This document shows positions 31,621 through 42,212 of a DNA stretch of 64,000 nucleotides, one piece after another. The position numbers and the translations under genes are program-made. Where the stretch lies: the NCBI GenBank assembly GCA_965197475.1, contig CBDANF010000002.1:1344001-1408000 (forward strand). Direction: 5' to 3'. The DNA comes from Candidatus Poribacteria bacterium. GTDB lineage: Bacteria; Poribacteria; WGA-4E; WGA-3G. Under the pieces are notes generated by a model. It saw nothing but the letters and a program-made list of their open reading frames with translations. It was not told the origin of the DNA and ran no database searches. Position 1 is the first letter of the stretch. Each line of letters begins with the position of its first letter.

Positions 31621-32567
31621 GAGAGTATTGGTTAAATAATGATATTCATGTTTTCTATTCCGTCGAGTTTTAAAATGTCAAACACGTTGCCATTGACACG
31701 AAATCGTGCGAACAAAGCAATCGTCAAATCCACCATTTCTATGCTTTTGGAAACAATAATGGACTTGCGCTTGAAGCGTCCGAACCAGTGGCGCATCCGA
31801 CCATTGTTGCGTTCAATGCGATGCGTCTCCGCTTTATCCTGAACATGTTTTACGGCAGGTAGGACCGACTCATAGACCTGCCATTTGTCTGTGTAATATA
31901 TCTTAGCATTGAGGGTTGAGAGCCTTGCCGTGAGTTTTTCAAGGGTTTGTTTATCACGCCCACCACATTCCCAGTCAATGAGGTATCCTGTGTTTCTGTC
32001 AAGTGCCTTCCATATCCAGAGTTTGTTTTTCTTGTTCCCAATATAGTGCCACATCTCATCAAGTTCCAAGCAGACGGTGGTGCCGGGTGTGAGTGTTTGT
32101 TTCGGTGCCTGTTTTTTAGCAAAGGTGCGTATCCATTGAAGCACAGTTGTTACGTGGCATCCGACAAGTTTTGAGATAGCATTCATTGAGATGCCGTGGC
32201 AATATAAGAGAACGGCGAGAGTTTTCTGTGCTTGTGGTTTCCCCCGGGGTGTTGTGCGCGTCCATTGATAACCGCAGTTTTTGCATTTATAGCGTTGTTT
32301 AGTTTTGACGAACCCGTTTTTGACGAAGTGAGTGTGTTGACATCTTGGGCAATTCTTCATGGTGTCCTCTATAGAGCAGCGAGTTTGTTTTCAATAAGGA
32401 TATAGGTTTTAGATACATCTGTCAATCAAAATCAGTTTATTAGTTTGATTTTGATTGACAATTTTTGTCATAAGTGTTATCATTAACTCTACTCTAATTG
32501 AAATGTGATGCAGAGTGGTTCAGAGGGTACCCACTAATTACCGCATCATTATTTAACCAATACCCTC
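31621..32567 (-). mobile_element. IS1 family element with single-ORF transposase (31632-32360)
   Basis: Zn ribbon CPRC/CKNC, 'ELDEMW', 'YTDKW', 'IERNNGRMRH'; 23-bp TIRs (gagagtattggttaaataatgat / atcattatttaaccaataccctc, one mismatch); 8-bp target duplication ataatttg. Confidence 0.93.
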
Positions 32568-32688
32568 ATAATTTGACAAGATTGGGGGAATCTGTTATTG
32601 TTTTCACAAGTCTCAAAATTCTATCAAGACTTTACCATTAATCAAAATATTTTTCAATCGTTTTACGTAGAAAGGAAAATTGCACGTA

Positions 32689-33846
32689 ATGAAAACTATT
32701 GTCTCAACTTCAGTTGTACTATTAGCAATTCTCAGTGTTTCTCTATTAGGATGCGAACGAACTGATACCACTTCCCAGATGGGGGCAACATTAAAAATTG
32801 GTGTGATTCAACCGGAGTATAGTTACACCACATTTAGTCAAGGTGCGGAAACTGCTCGGGTCCAAATCAATGAAAATGGAGGGATACTCGGCATGCAGGT
32901 AAAATTTATCAGTCGTAATAACCAGCTTGTAGCGGATGAACCTCCAACATCGGCAGCAAGCATCGGTGCAGCAAAAGAACTAATTGAGATGGAGAACGTG
33001 TTTGCCCTACTCGGTCCCGTTCGCTCTACCATGGCTATTGAGGTCGGTCCAATTGCGCAGCAAGCACAACGACTCATGCTTCCCGGTTCCAGTGGCTCAA
33101 ATGTACCAGAGGTCGGAGATTATATCTTCCTCATCACAATCCCAAACCCATTTCAAGGGAAAGTGATGGCAAGTTTCGCTATGAATCCGGACGAACTTGG
33201 TGCCAAAACTGCAGCAACAATTTATGAGAAAGGCGACAGTTATTCTATCGATCTCGTCCAAGCATTTGAAGCAGCTTTTGAGGAAATCGTTCACAGGGGT
33301 CACTATGCTGCAGGTGATATTACCTTCACCGAACTGCTTACAGAAATACAGAACACAAAGCCAGACGTCATTTTTTGCCCCGGTCATCAACCAGAAGTAC
33401 CACTTTTGATAAATAAAACACGACAACTCGGCATCAAAACGACTTTCCTCGGAGGTAGCGCGTGGGATGATAGAGAACGATTCCTTGGCGTCTTAGGTGA
33501 TAGCACTATGTTAGATGGCAGTTATTATCCGACTAATTTCTCTGTAGCCACACAAGACGCATCTGTTCAGGAATTTGTGAACGGATACATGGCGTTGTAC
33601 GATAGCCCACCTGACGGCGTTGCAGCGTCTGGCTATGACGCGATGCGACTCTTAGCACACGCAATAGAGAAAGCAGGTTCACTTGATGACCCAATGGCAG
33701 TTCGCGATGCTTTTGCGGGAGTCAAAGATTACAAAGGTGCGACAACCATATCACATTACGACGTAAACCGGCACCCCGTCAAAAGCCTCGCAATTCAGAC
33801 AATCCGAAACGGGCAGGTTGAACACTACAAAGTTGTAGAACCATAA
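32689..33846 (+). CDS. ABC-type branched-chain amino acid substrate-binding lipoprotein (LivJ-like), no cognate permease nearby
   Basis: Lipobox 'LLGC'; 'INENGGILG', 'GYDAMRLL'. Confidence 0.85.
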   Translation: MKTIVSTSVVLLAILSVSLLGCERTDTTSQMGATLKIGVIQPEYSYTTFSQGAETARVQINENGGILGMQVKFISRNNQLVADEPPTSAASIGAAKELIEMENVFALLGPVRSTMAIEVGPIAQQAQRLMLPGSSGSNVPEVGDYIFLITIPNPFQGKVMASFAMNPDELGAKTAATIYEKGDSYSIDLVQAFEAAFEEIVHRGHYAAGDITFTELLTEIQNTKPDVIFCPGHQPEVPLLINKTRQLGIKTTFLGGSAWDDRERFLGVLGDSTMLDGSYYPTNFSVATQDASVQEFVNGYMALYDSPPDGVAASGYDAMRLLAHAIEKAGSLDDPMAVRDAFAGVKDYKGATTISHYDVNRHPVKSLAIQTIRNGQVEHYKVVEP

Positions 33847-33972
33847 TGTGATGTCTTTCTACCTGTCAGACATAATTTCAGTAGATTGAAAATTTAATTA
33901 CGTTTGACAAAAACATGTCCTTCTGATAATCTAATAGCAAATTGATAAATTCCTAACTTAGGAGAAATTTCT

Positions 33973-35010
33973 ATGTATAAAAGTGCGATGTTAGGGTGCG
34001 GTGGACGCGCCCGAGGGCATGCAAGTGCCTATCGCTTCGTTAAAGGTGGTAAACTCGCAGCAGTCTGTGATATGAACGAAGAACGTCTCAACGATTTCGG
34101 CGATCAATTTGATATATCTTTACGTTACACAGATTTAGATAAGATGCTTGAGAAAGAGAAACCGGATCTCCTTCACATTGTGACTGCTCCAGTACTACGC
34201 GGATCCAATGAGCGAATTCGGTATTCGTTGATGAAGCAGGCATCTGATCACGGTGTACCAGCGGCAATTGTAGAAAAACCGATTGCTGTTGAGAGTGAGG
34301 ACTGGAAGCAAATCGCGGGGTTGGCAGAAGAGACGAAAACAAAGTTTATTGTCAACACACAACTTAACTTCCATCCGAAAAACCTTGAACTAAAGCGAGA
34401 TGTGGCGGAAGGTAAAATTGGCGAGATAAAGTTTATTGATGCAAGTGCCCGAAGCACCCCTGTTGATCAAGCACCGCATGTGCTGCAGTTGGTATCGTCC
34501 TACATTGACAACTCCCGACCTGTGCGCGTTTTAGGTCAAATTTCCGGCAAAAAAAAGTTAGATTCAGCGCAACCTTCTCCGATGCATGCTGCTGGTCATG
34601 TTATGTATGAAAATGGTTTACACGTTTCTATTGCATTTGGGACCGGTGTTGGTACGATGGCATCCGATAACCAAGGTGTTCATTGCCATAAACGCGTTTT
34701 TGTCGTTGGAACGGAAGGGTTTGTACATTGGCGATTCAGCAGTTGGGAACGCGCGACACGAAAGGGTGGCTACGAAAGCGGTCCCCTGAACTATGGCGAA
34801 CAGGATATCCAGGCACAAGGAAATCTCACTGAAGCAGCCTTTGATTGGCTTGATGATGAGAGCAAAGAACATCCAACGCATCTCAAGCAATCCCTTGCTG
34901 AGTTCAACCTGCTTCTCGGAACGTACTACAGCGGTATAACTAACCAGATAATTGATCTTCCGTTTGATCCACCAGACGGTTTAATGGATTCTCTCAGGGA
35001 GAAGTTGTAG
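33973..35010 (+). CDS. Gfo/Idh/MocA oxidoreductase, paralogue 1
   Basis: 'LGCGGRA', 'VEKPIA'; GGAG RBS; TTGACA at 33904. Confidence 0.88.
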   Translation: MYKSAMLGCGGRARGHASAYRFVKGGKLAAVCDMNEERLNDFGDQFDISLRYTDLDKMLEKEKPDLLHIVTAPVLRGSNERIRYSLMKQASDHGVPAAIVEKPIAVESEDWKQIAGLAEETKTKFIVNTQLNFHPKNLELKRDVAEGKIGEIKFIDASARSTPVDQAPHVLQLVSSYIDNSRPVRVLGQISGKKKLDSAQPSPMHAAGHVMYENGLHVSIAFGTGVGTMASDNQGVHCHKRVFVVGTEGFVHWRFSSWERATRKGGYESGPLNYGEQDIQAQGNLTEAAFDWLDDESKEHPTHLKQSLAEFNLLLGTYYSGITNQIIDLPFDPPDGLMDSLREKL

Positions 35011-35082
35011 AATAACTTCTGAATTTTCCAATAGGTAGGATTAGTGGTAGCAGCGAATTTGTTCGTTACTACCGCTAATTGT

Positions 35083-35212
35083 TATACCATTTCTGAATGA
35101 TAGCATCTCATTAACAAAAAACTCGTTTGTCCTCGCGCAATTCATTGCGCCTCGGACATTCAAAATGTCGGACATCTCCGTAATGGTATTTTATTTTTCA
35201 GAATTGGTATTA
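35083..35212. mobile_element. MITE with IS630-B-like ends
   Basis: tataccatttctgaa ... ttcagaattggtat. Confidence 0.6.
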
Positions 35213-35230
35213 TATTTCGTGGACGGACAC

Positions 35231-35325
35231 TAATACCAAATTAACTTGATTCCACTCGGTAGGTGCGGTTTCCGAACCGCACCTCATACCAAGAAAAATG
35301 AGATAAATCCCGTTAATTTGATATA
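35231..35325. mobile_element. About 93-bp MITE (family of 21485-21577)
   Basis: Shared ends and internal sequence with 21485-21577. Confidence 0.8.
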
Positions 35326-36469
35326 ATACCATTTCTAATTGATTATATAGCATTAGCGATTTGTATAAAATATTCGAAACCTGTGATTTTCGCGATCATC
35401 AATGTTGAATAAATGTTCAGTATCTCCGTCACTTTTGTCTGCATGTCTTCAATGGTTTGGTATACTTGGCAAAACAACTTTGCTTTGATGTCTTGCCAAA
35501 GTCTTTCAATCGGGTTCAACTCCGGACTATAAGGAGGTAGAAACAGCAAAACAACATTGTCTGGTATTTCCAACTTTTTTGCCTGATGAAAACGACCATT
35601 ATCAAGCACTATCAGATTCAGACTATCAGAAAATGTGGCAGAAAACTGATCTATAAAGATTTGAAAACAATCTGCGTTCAGATACGGGAACTCAAGAAAA
35701 AATCGTTCACCTGTCAGTGGTTCAACCGCACCATAAAGATATATTGAGTAAAACTATAATCTATTTCCGCTACAGGTTTGATGCCTGGTAAGGTGATACG
35801 CCTATTAGCAACAGGCAAAAGACCATATCTCGTTTCATCTTCACTGAAAAGACGAATGCTTTGGTAATCCGATCGTTTCTTGTCAATCGCATCGGCAACT
35901 TCTTGTTGGAAGTTGGATATAAACGCTTTACTCTCTTCCGCGTTTTTTTTATATGGCTTGGACGCGGCACTTTGAGTTTTGCTTTCCATTTGTTATGAAC
36001 AAGCGCATAAACTGCCTTATATTTCATGGTGACACCAAAGGTATCGGCAATATACTGCTGGATCTCTCCATAACTGATGAAACCATGGGGTTTCTGCAAC
36101 TCAGAACGTAGAATGTCGCGCTGTTCTTCAGTAAGAGCTGGGACAGCCCCTGGAGGATACCGACGCTCTAAGAGTTTTTCAAGACCACCTGTTTCGTATG
36201 ACGACAACCAGTTTCCAATCGTCGTGCGATGCACACCTAACAAATCGGCAACTTGCTTACGATTTTTTGCTTGACCACTTTGTAAATGATACAACATGAA
36301 GAGCCTTTGCTTTTGATAGCTTTGGGCAGAGCACTTCATAAGGGATTTGATTTCTTCAACACTCTCGGTAATTTTGGGAACTTTTTTATTCATTGCTTCC
36401 TCACTTTATTTCAAAAGGTTGCAATAGAATATATACGCTTTATGTTATATTGTCAATTAGATATGGTAT
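35326..36469 (-). mobile_element. IS630 family insertion sequence (element B)
   Basis: orfA 35770-36393 (HTH, 'LKVPRP'), A8 shift site 35943-35950, 'EDETRYG', 'LDNGRFH', 'LPPYSPELNPIERLW'; TIRs ataccatttctaattga / tcaattagatatggtat; extra frameshift near 35748. Confidence 0.9.
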
Positions 36470-36510
36470 AAGGTGTGCCACGATTCGAAATCATTTAAGG
36501 AGATATTTCC

Positions 36511-37548
36511 ATGTATAAAAGTGCGTTTTTAGGTTGTGGCGGTCGTGCCCGTGCGCATGCAAGTGCATACCGCTTTGTTAAGGGTGGCAAAATTGGAGCA
36601 ATCTGTGATATGAACGAAGAACTCCTCAATAAATTCGGTGATGACTTTGATGTATCTTCTCGCTACACCGATTTAGATGAGATGCTTGAAAAAGAGAAAC
36701 CCGATCTTCTCCACATTGTCACAGCACCAGTTTTACGAGGTACTAATCAACGTATCCGATATCCGTTAATGAAGCAAGCATCAGACCACGGTGTGCCAGC
36801 AGCAATTGTTGAGAAACCGATTGCCGTTGAAAGTGAGGACTGGAAACAGATTGCTGGGTTGGCAGAAGAGACGAAAACCAAGTTTGTTATCAACACGCAG
36901 CTCAACTTTCACCCGCAAAACCTTGAACTGAAGCGAGATGTAGCAGAAGGCAGAATCGGTGAGATCAAGTTTATTGATGCAAGTGCCCGCAGCACACCGG
37001 TTGACCAAGGCCCGCACGTCCTTCAGTTAGTATCATCCTACATTGACAACTCACGTCCCGTGCGAGTATTAGGACAAATCTCTGGAGGCGCGCATTTAAA
37101 TTCAGCGCAGCCATCACCACAATACGCTGCAGCGCGAGTTCAGTACGAGAACGGACTTCATGTTTCTGTTGCGTTCGGAACAGCCATCGCGCCCTCTGCA
37201 TCTGATGATCAAACGGTTTACTTCCACAAACGCGTTTTTGTTATTGGCACAGATGGATTTGTACATTGGCGATTTAGTAGTTGGGAACGCTCAACCCGAG
37301 AGGGTGGTTATGAAGGAGGACCGCTCAACTACGGGCAGCAAGACGTTGTCGCACAAGGCAATCTTACCGAAGCTGTTTTTAATTGGCTTGATGATGAAAA
37401 CAAAGTGCATCCAACACATCTTAAGCAATCCCTTGCAGAGTTCAACCTGCTTTTAGGTATCTACTATAGCGGCATTACAAACGAGGTAATTGAACTACCG
37501 TTTGATCCTCCAGATGGACTAATGGATTTACTCAGAGAACGGTTGTAG
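36511..37548 (+). CDS. Gfo/Idh/MocA oxidoreductase, paralogue 2
   Basis: Same length (345 aa) and collinear with 33973-35010. Confidence 0.88.
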   Translation: MYKSAFLGCGGRARAHASAYRFVKGGKIGAICDMNEELLNKFGDDFDVSSRYTDLDEMLEKEKPDLLHIVTAPVLRGTNQRIRYPLMKQASDHGVPAAIVEKPIAVESEDWKQIAGLAEETKTKFVINTQLNFHPQNLELKRDVAEGRIGEIKFIDASARSTPVDQGPHVLQLVSSYIDNSRPVRVLGQISGGAHLNSAQPSPQYAAARVQYENGLHVSVAFGTAIAPSASDDQTVYFHKRVFVIGTDGFVHWRFSSWERSTREGGYEGGPLNYGQQDVVAQGNLTEAVFNWLDDENKVHPTHLKQSLAEFNLLLGIYYSGITNEVIELPFDPPDGLMDLLRERL

Positions 37549-37559
37549 AATTCGTATGT

Positions 37560-38110
37560 CCGTAGTTTACTAAATTTAATCTAACGTGAGTTTGACTAAA
37601 GTAGGTTGGGTAGAACGGAAACCACAATAAAATCAGATGTTAAAGAGAGGCTCAAGACTCATTTGAGATTGAAATTTCCGAAAATGAGTGAAACCCAACA
37701 CTTATTACTTCCAAGACGGTTGATGTGTTGGGTTTCGCTGCGCTCTACCCATAACTGTCAACTTAAGAAAATTTCTATATTTTTCGAACACTGCTCAACA
37801 CCTACTATGATTGAGACTATCCCATATTCAGTCCCGTAGGGACGATATGTTTATAGAAAAAATGTTACCACCCCCTCTTGAGTTCCGTAGGAACGACATA
37901 TCCTGATTGGTAAACTGAGGCTACAACATACCGCCCCTACGGGGCTCAAGGGATGAGTTACCTCATATCTATAAACATACCGCCCCTACCAAATCAACGC
38001 CAAATGCGCGCATGGCATTTGGCGGGGCTGAAGACGACATTTCATTATCACAAAAATCCACGGTTCAGATGACAAAAACTTTACACACCCAGGTAAATTT
38101 AGATTAAGAA
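37560..38110. repeat. Cluster of REP/MITE-like palindromic repeats
   Basis: gtaggttgggtag...gaaacccaac units (also near 18059, 40488, 63460, 63670); gtcccgtagggac, gttccgtaggaac and gcccctacggggc palindromes; aatcaacgccaaa unit (also 18108, 40591). Confidence 0.7.
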
Positions 38111-38352
38111 CTTCAGGTAAAATGTGGTTAATACAGTTATTAATTGCAAGTAGTTTTAGTCTTTTCAAAACATATAAGCTGCCATCGCTCTCCTACCGTT
38201 TGTGGTAAATTGTTCCTTTTTTCTTCAAAAATAAGAATTATTTTCTGAAAATCGAAAACATAATATACACGTTACATCTCCGAAAATCTTGACAGAAATA
38301 TGACATCATGATATACTTAAATAACAGATGAATTATTGGGTAAGGAGATGAG

Positions 38353-38913
38353 ATGTCGCAAAAAAATAGTATCCTGCTAACGCTAAGCCAAATCGCTATC
38401 GGTGCGGTGATAACAGTTGCTGGCAGTATGGTATATCTACTAATTTTTAATAAATTTATTTGGCAGGTGCTTATCAATGACCGAATAACGCACGGATTTT
38501 GGGTAGGACTTTTATTGTTAATATCAATAGGATGTGCTTACGGTGTGATGGTGGTAGGTGTGACCGAAGGAATTCGATTTGTTGGACGGAATTTCGGAAT
38601 TAATGTTCCCTTTAAACCGGTCTGCTCAGGAGCTTTTTTGGGTGCACCTGCAATCGTTGGGCTGCTTGCGCTGCAAAATGTTCCTCTTCCATGGGATTCA
38701 TGGGAAATCTTTGGAACGCAAAACATAGTTCTCAACTTAATTATTCCAGTGTTTCAAACCGTTGCAGCCCTTTTGTCGTTACCCGTTCGAGCTTGGGTAA
38801 CGCTCGGATTTCCAGTCTTAACTTTATATGTTATCGCGATACCAATTGGTGCAATTTTAGGGTGCCGGCTATCAAGCATAGATGATGCAGAAGTCAACGT
38901 ACAAGAAACCTAA
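38353..38913 (+). CDS. Hypothetical integral membrane protein
   Basis: 186 aa, about 4 TM segments, AAGGAG RBS. Confidence 0.7.
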   Translation: MSQKNSILLTLSQIAIGAVITVAGSMVYLLIFNKFIWQVLINDRITHGFWVGLLLLISIGCAYGVMVVGVTEGIRFVGRNFGINVPFKPVCSGAFLGAPAIVGLLALQNVPLPWDSWEIFGTQNIVLNLIIPVFQTVAALLSLPVRAWVTLGFPVLTLYVIAIPIGAILGCRLSSIDDAEVNVQET

Positions 38914-39039
38914 TTCATGATAGGTGTCCGTTTCCGATGGTTTCCAATTTTTAGTTGCCACGAAGGTTGCGCCTCTAAGTGAGGTATAGCACCATGAATT
39001 GCGCGGAATCGTTCGCGTGCCCGAGGTATCATTCAACTA

Positions 39040-40446
39040 ATGCAGTATGATAAGCCCAAGGATGAATGCGGAGTATTCGGTGTTTTTGGACACCCAAAAG
39101 CGGTAGAATTAACTTATTTAGGGTTACGCGCGCTTCAACATCGTGGACAGGAGAGTAGTGGGATTGTCGCATCAGATGGCGAGAAATTTTCGAAGCACCA
39201 TGGGATGGGACTTGTTGATTCTGTATTTAATTCTGATATTTTAGCGAAACTCTCAGGTCATATTGCTATTGGGCATAACCGCTATTCAACAGCAGGTGAA
39301 AGCACACTTGAAAATGCTCAACCTTTGGTCCGTAATTATAAACAGGGGCCTCTTGCGCTTGGCCACAATGGCAACTTGGTCAATGCGCCACACATCCGAA
39401 ATCATCTTGAAAATATCGGTTCAATTTTTAGCACAAGTTTGGATACTGAAGTTGTCTTCCACCTGATATCACATTCGCGTCAAGACAGTTTGGAAGATAG
39501 GATATTCGATGCGTTTCGGGCAGTTGAAGGTGCGTATTCATTCGTTGTTATGGACACAACAACGCTGATGGGCGCGCGGGACCCGTATGGGTTTCGACCG
39601 TTGTGGATTGGCAAACTGGGAGAGGCTTATATATTAGCTTCTGAGACTTGTGCCCTTGACGTTATTGAAGCAGAGCCGATACGAGAGGTTGAACCTGGTG
39701 AATTGGTCACGATGCGTTCAAAGCATCTCGGTCTGGAATCTTTCCGTTTTTCCCCGCAGCAACCTACATTATCCCAGTGTATTTTTGAATATATCTATCT
39801 TGCGCGTCGAGATGGCATGATGTTTGGTCAGGGTGTGGACAGCACGCGTCGTGAGTTCGGTAGGCAGCTTGCACGTGAACACCCTGTCAAAGCGGATGTC
39901 GTAATTCCTGTTCCGGATTCAGCAACAATTGCAGCCCTCGGCTATGCAGAGGAATCTGAGATTCCTTTTGATCTGGGATTGTCAAGAAATACCTTCGTTG
40001 GCCGCTCATTTATGAATCCTACCCAAGATATTCGGGAACTTATGGTGAAGGTGAAGTTGAATCCGGTTCGCGAAGTTCTTAAAGGAAAACGGGTTGTAAT
40101 GGTAGATGATTCAATCATGCGCGGAACAAATAGTCGGAAACTCGTCAAAATTGTACGGCAGGGCGGAGCAACGGCGGTGCATGTCCGTATTGCGTCACCA
40201 CCCAACAAATATCCATGTTTCTACGGTGTTGATACACCTACGCGAGCAGAACTGATAGCGAGTAAATATTCCATTGAGGATATCCGCAAATATATCCGAG
40301 CTGATAGTTTAGGATATGTCAGTATTGAGGGGATGCTAAAGGCAGTGAAGACACCAACAAATTTTTGCACTTCATGTTTTGATGGAAATTATCCTATTAC
40401 CTTGAATGAAAGTATACCGCGCCAATTACCATTAATATTAGATTAG
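39040..40446 (+). CDS. purF: Amidophosphoribosyltransferase
   Basis: Propeptide then 'CGVFG'; 'LQHRGQES', 'GHNRYST', PRPP-site 'VDDSIMRG', Fe-S cysteines 'CTSCFDG'. Confidence 0.97.
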   Translation: MQYDKPKDECGVFGVFGHPKAVELTYLGLRALQHRGQESSGIVASDGEKFSKHHGMGLVDSVFNSDILAKLSGHIAIGHNRYSTAGESTLENAQPLVRNYKQGPLALGHNGNLVNAPHIRNHLENIGSIFSTSLDTEVVFHLISHSRQDSLEDRIFDAFRAVEGAYSFVVMDTTTLMGARDPYGFRPLWIGKLGEAYILASETCALDVIEAEPIREVEPGELVTMRSKHLGLESFRFSPQQPTLSQCIFEYIYLARRDGMMFGQGVDSTRREFGRQLAREHPVKADVVIPVPDSATIAALGYAEESEIPFDLGLSRNTFVGRSFMNPTQDIRELMVKVKLNPVREVLKGKRVVMVDDSIMRGTNSRKLVKIVRQGGATAVHVRIASPPNKYPCFYGVDTPTRAELIASKYSIEDIRKYIRADSLGYVSIEGMLKAVKTPTNFCTSCFDGNYPITLNESIPRQLPLILD

Positions 40447-40750
40447 TTTTTTCAAAGAGGTTTGGAAGTTGTAATCACGAAATAGTGTGTAGATTGGGTT
40501 GAACGAATGTGAAACCCAATACCGCAACCGTTGTGAAAGTAATCACATGTTGTGTTTTGCAAGTTTAAGCCAATCTACTGGAATTTTGTGAATCAACACC
40601 AAATGCGTGTATGGCGCGCGTCGGATCGCGACCAGGAGGTCGCTCCTACACAGAGCAATTCGGGCTTACAAGACTTCCTATAGGAAGTCTTAAGTAAAAA
40701 TCCAATAACATAGGAATCCTAACCGTTCCTAATGTGAATAAGGAAAAGTT

Positions 40751-41155
40751 ATGATATTTCTGCCACCAAAACAAAACAATAAAAAGAATTCTTTGAGAAA
40801 AACGCTGCATCGCCGCCACAATTCAATAGGACCAAGAAGCAGAATGGATGGAATAATGAAGAACCCTCTCGGAACATCGCAAGGTGTGTCGACGTTGAAG
40901 ATCGTCTTAATGTATTCTGTTCTCGGTATAATTTTGAATTGGGTGCTGCCCATCGCAATTCAGAAGGTGAACCCTGAAATGTTGAAAGAAGATGCGCAAT
41001 ACTATGGAACGCTTTATGCTATAGTTGCAACCTTTTTCTTTTTGGTGGTCAGTCTTTTGAAAGAAATAATCATGCGTCATAGATCGCAGTCGGATCATTT
41101 AGAGACACAAGGTACAAATACGCACCTATTTGGTACAAAAAATTCAAAAAAATAA
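40751..41155 (+). CDS. Small two-TM membrane protein (start uncertain)
   Basis: Two hydrophobic segments; lies directly before purM. Confidence 0.5.
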   Translation: MIFLPPKQNNKKNSLRKTLHRRHNSIGPRSRMDGIMKNPLGTSQGVSTLKIVLMYSVLGIILNWVLPIAIQKVNPEMLKEDAQYYGTLYAIVATFFFLVVSLLKEIIMRHRSQSDHLETQGTNTHLFGTKNSKK

Positions 41156-41165
41156 GGAAATGTGG

Positions 41166-42212
41166 ATGGCAGATAAAATACCTTTGACCTATGCCGATGC
41201 TGGTGTTTCATTTGAATCGGAATCTAAAGCAATGCAGCGGATAAAAGACATCGTGAAAACGACCTATCGGACTGAAGTCCTGAGCGATGTCGGAAGTTTC
41301 GGTGGATTGTTCGCTCTGGGTGCGTATAAGCAACCTATTCTTGTTTCAAGTACGGATAGTGTCGGCACAAAGTTGAAAGTTGCCTTTAAAGCAGACAAAC
41401 ATGATACCGTAGGCTTTGATATTGTAGCACATTGCGGCAATGATATTGTTGTGCAGGGAGCTGAGCCGCTTTTCTTTTTGGACTATATCGGCATCGGAAA
41501 ATTGGAACCGTTGGTTTTTGAACAGATTATTATAGGACTTACCTCGGGGTGCCGGGAGATTGGTTGCGCTTTAATCGGCGGAGAGACAGCGGAACTCCCC
41601 GGTTTCTATGCTCCTGGCGAATACGATTTGGTTGGCACAATCGTGGGCGTAGTCGAAAAAGAGGCACTGATCACAGGCGTGCACATTGCGCCTGGCGATA
41701 AGTTAATCGGTTTAGGGTCAACGGGGTTACATACAAACGGATATTCGCTTGCACGCCGCATTTTATTTGACCGTTGTAACTACAACGTAGATACTTATCT
41801 TCCCGAACTTTCATCAACAGTCGGTGAAGAATTGCTCAAAACACACAAGAGTTATGTCAAATCTATCCTGCAACTCCGCGAGGTGTGTGAAGTTAAAGGC
41901 ATTGCACACATAACAGGCGGAGGATTGCCCGGAAACGTCAAGCGAATTCTACCTGAAGGGTGCCGCGCAAGAATTCAGAAACAAAGTTGGGATGTTCCTC
42001 CCATTTTCACGATACTCCAACGGGAAGGCAATGTTGAGGAAGCAGAAATGTATCGGGTTTTCAATATGGGTATCGGAATTGTCTTGGTTCTCGCGCCCGG
42101 TTCCGTGGCAAGTGCATTAGAATTTCTGAGTACATCAGCGGAAACGGCATTCCAAATTGGAGATATCGTTTCAGGTGACAAAGGAGTTGCGTTGTGTCCG
42201 AATCCTTCTTAA
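41166..42212 (+). CDS. purM: Phosphoribosylformylglycinamidine cyclo-ligase (AIR synthetase)
   Basis: 'TYADAGV', 'DSVGTKL', 'GAEPLFFLDY', 'GGETAELPG', 'AHITGGG', 'FNMGIG'. Confidence 0.97.
   Translation: MADKIPLTYADAGVSFESESKAMQRIKDIVKTTYRTEVLSDVGSFGGLFALGAYKQPILVSSTDSVGTKLKVAFKADKHDTVGFDIVAHCGNDIVVQGAEPLFFLDYIGIGKLEPLVFEQIIIGLTSGCREIGCALIGGETAELPGFYAPGEYDLVGTIVGVVEKEALITGVHIAPGDKLIGLGSTGLHTNGYSLARRILFDRCNYNVDTYLPELSSTVGEELLKTHKSYVKSILQLREVCEVKGIAHITGGGLPGNVKRILPEGCRARIQKQSWDVPPIFTILQREGNVEEAEMYRVFNMGIGIVLVLAPGSVASALEFLSTSAETAFQIGDIVSGDKGVALCPNPS

Noticed and set aside
37560-38110. CRISPR array
   Set aside because: Repeats are palindromic, degenerate and irregularly spaced in both orientations; no cas genes.
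38914-39039. Purine-related riboswitch upstream of purF
   Set aside because: No recognisable consensus by eye; an Rfam/Infernal scan would be needed.
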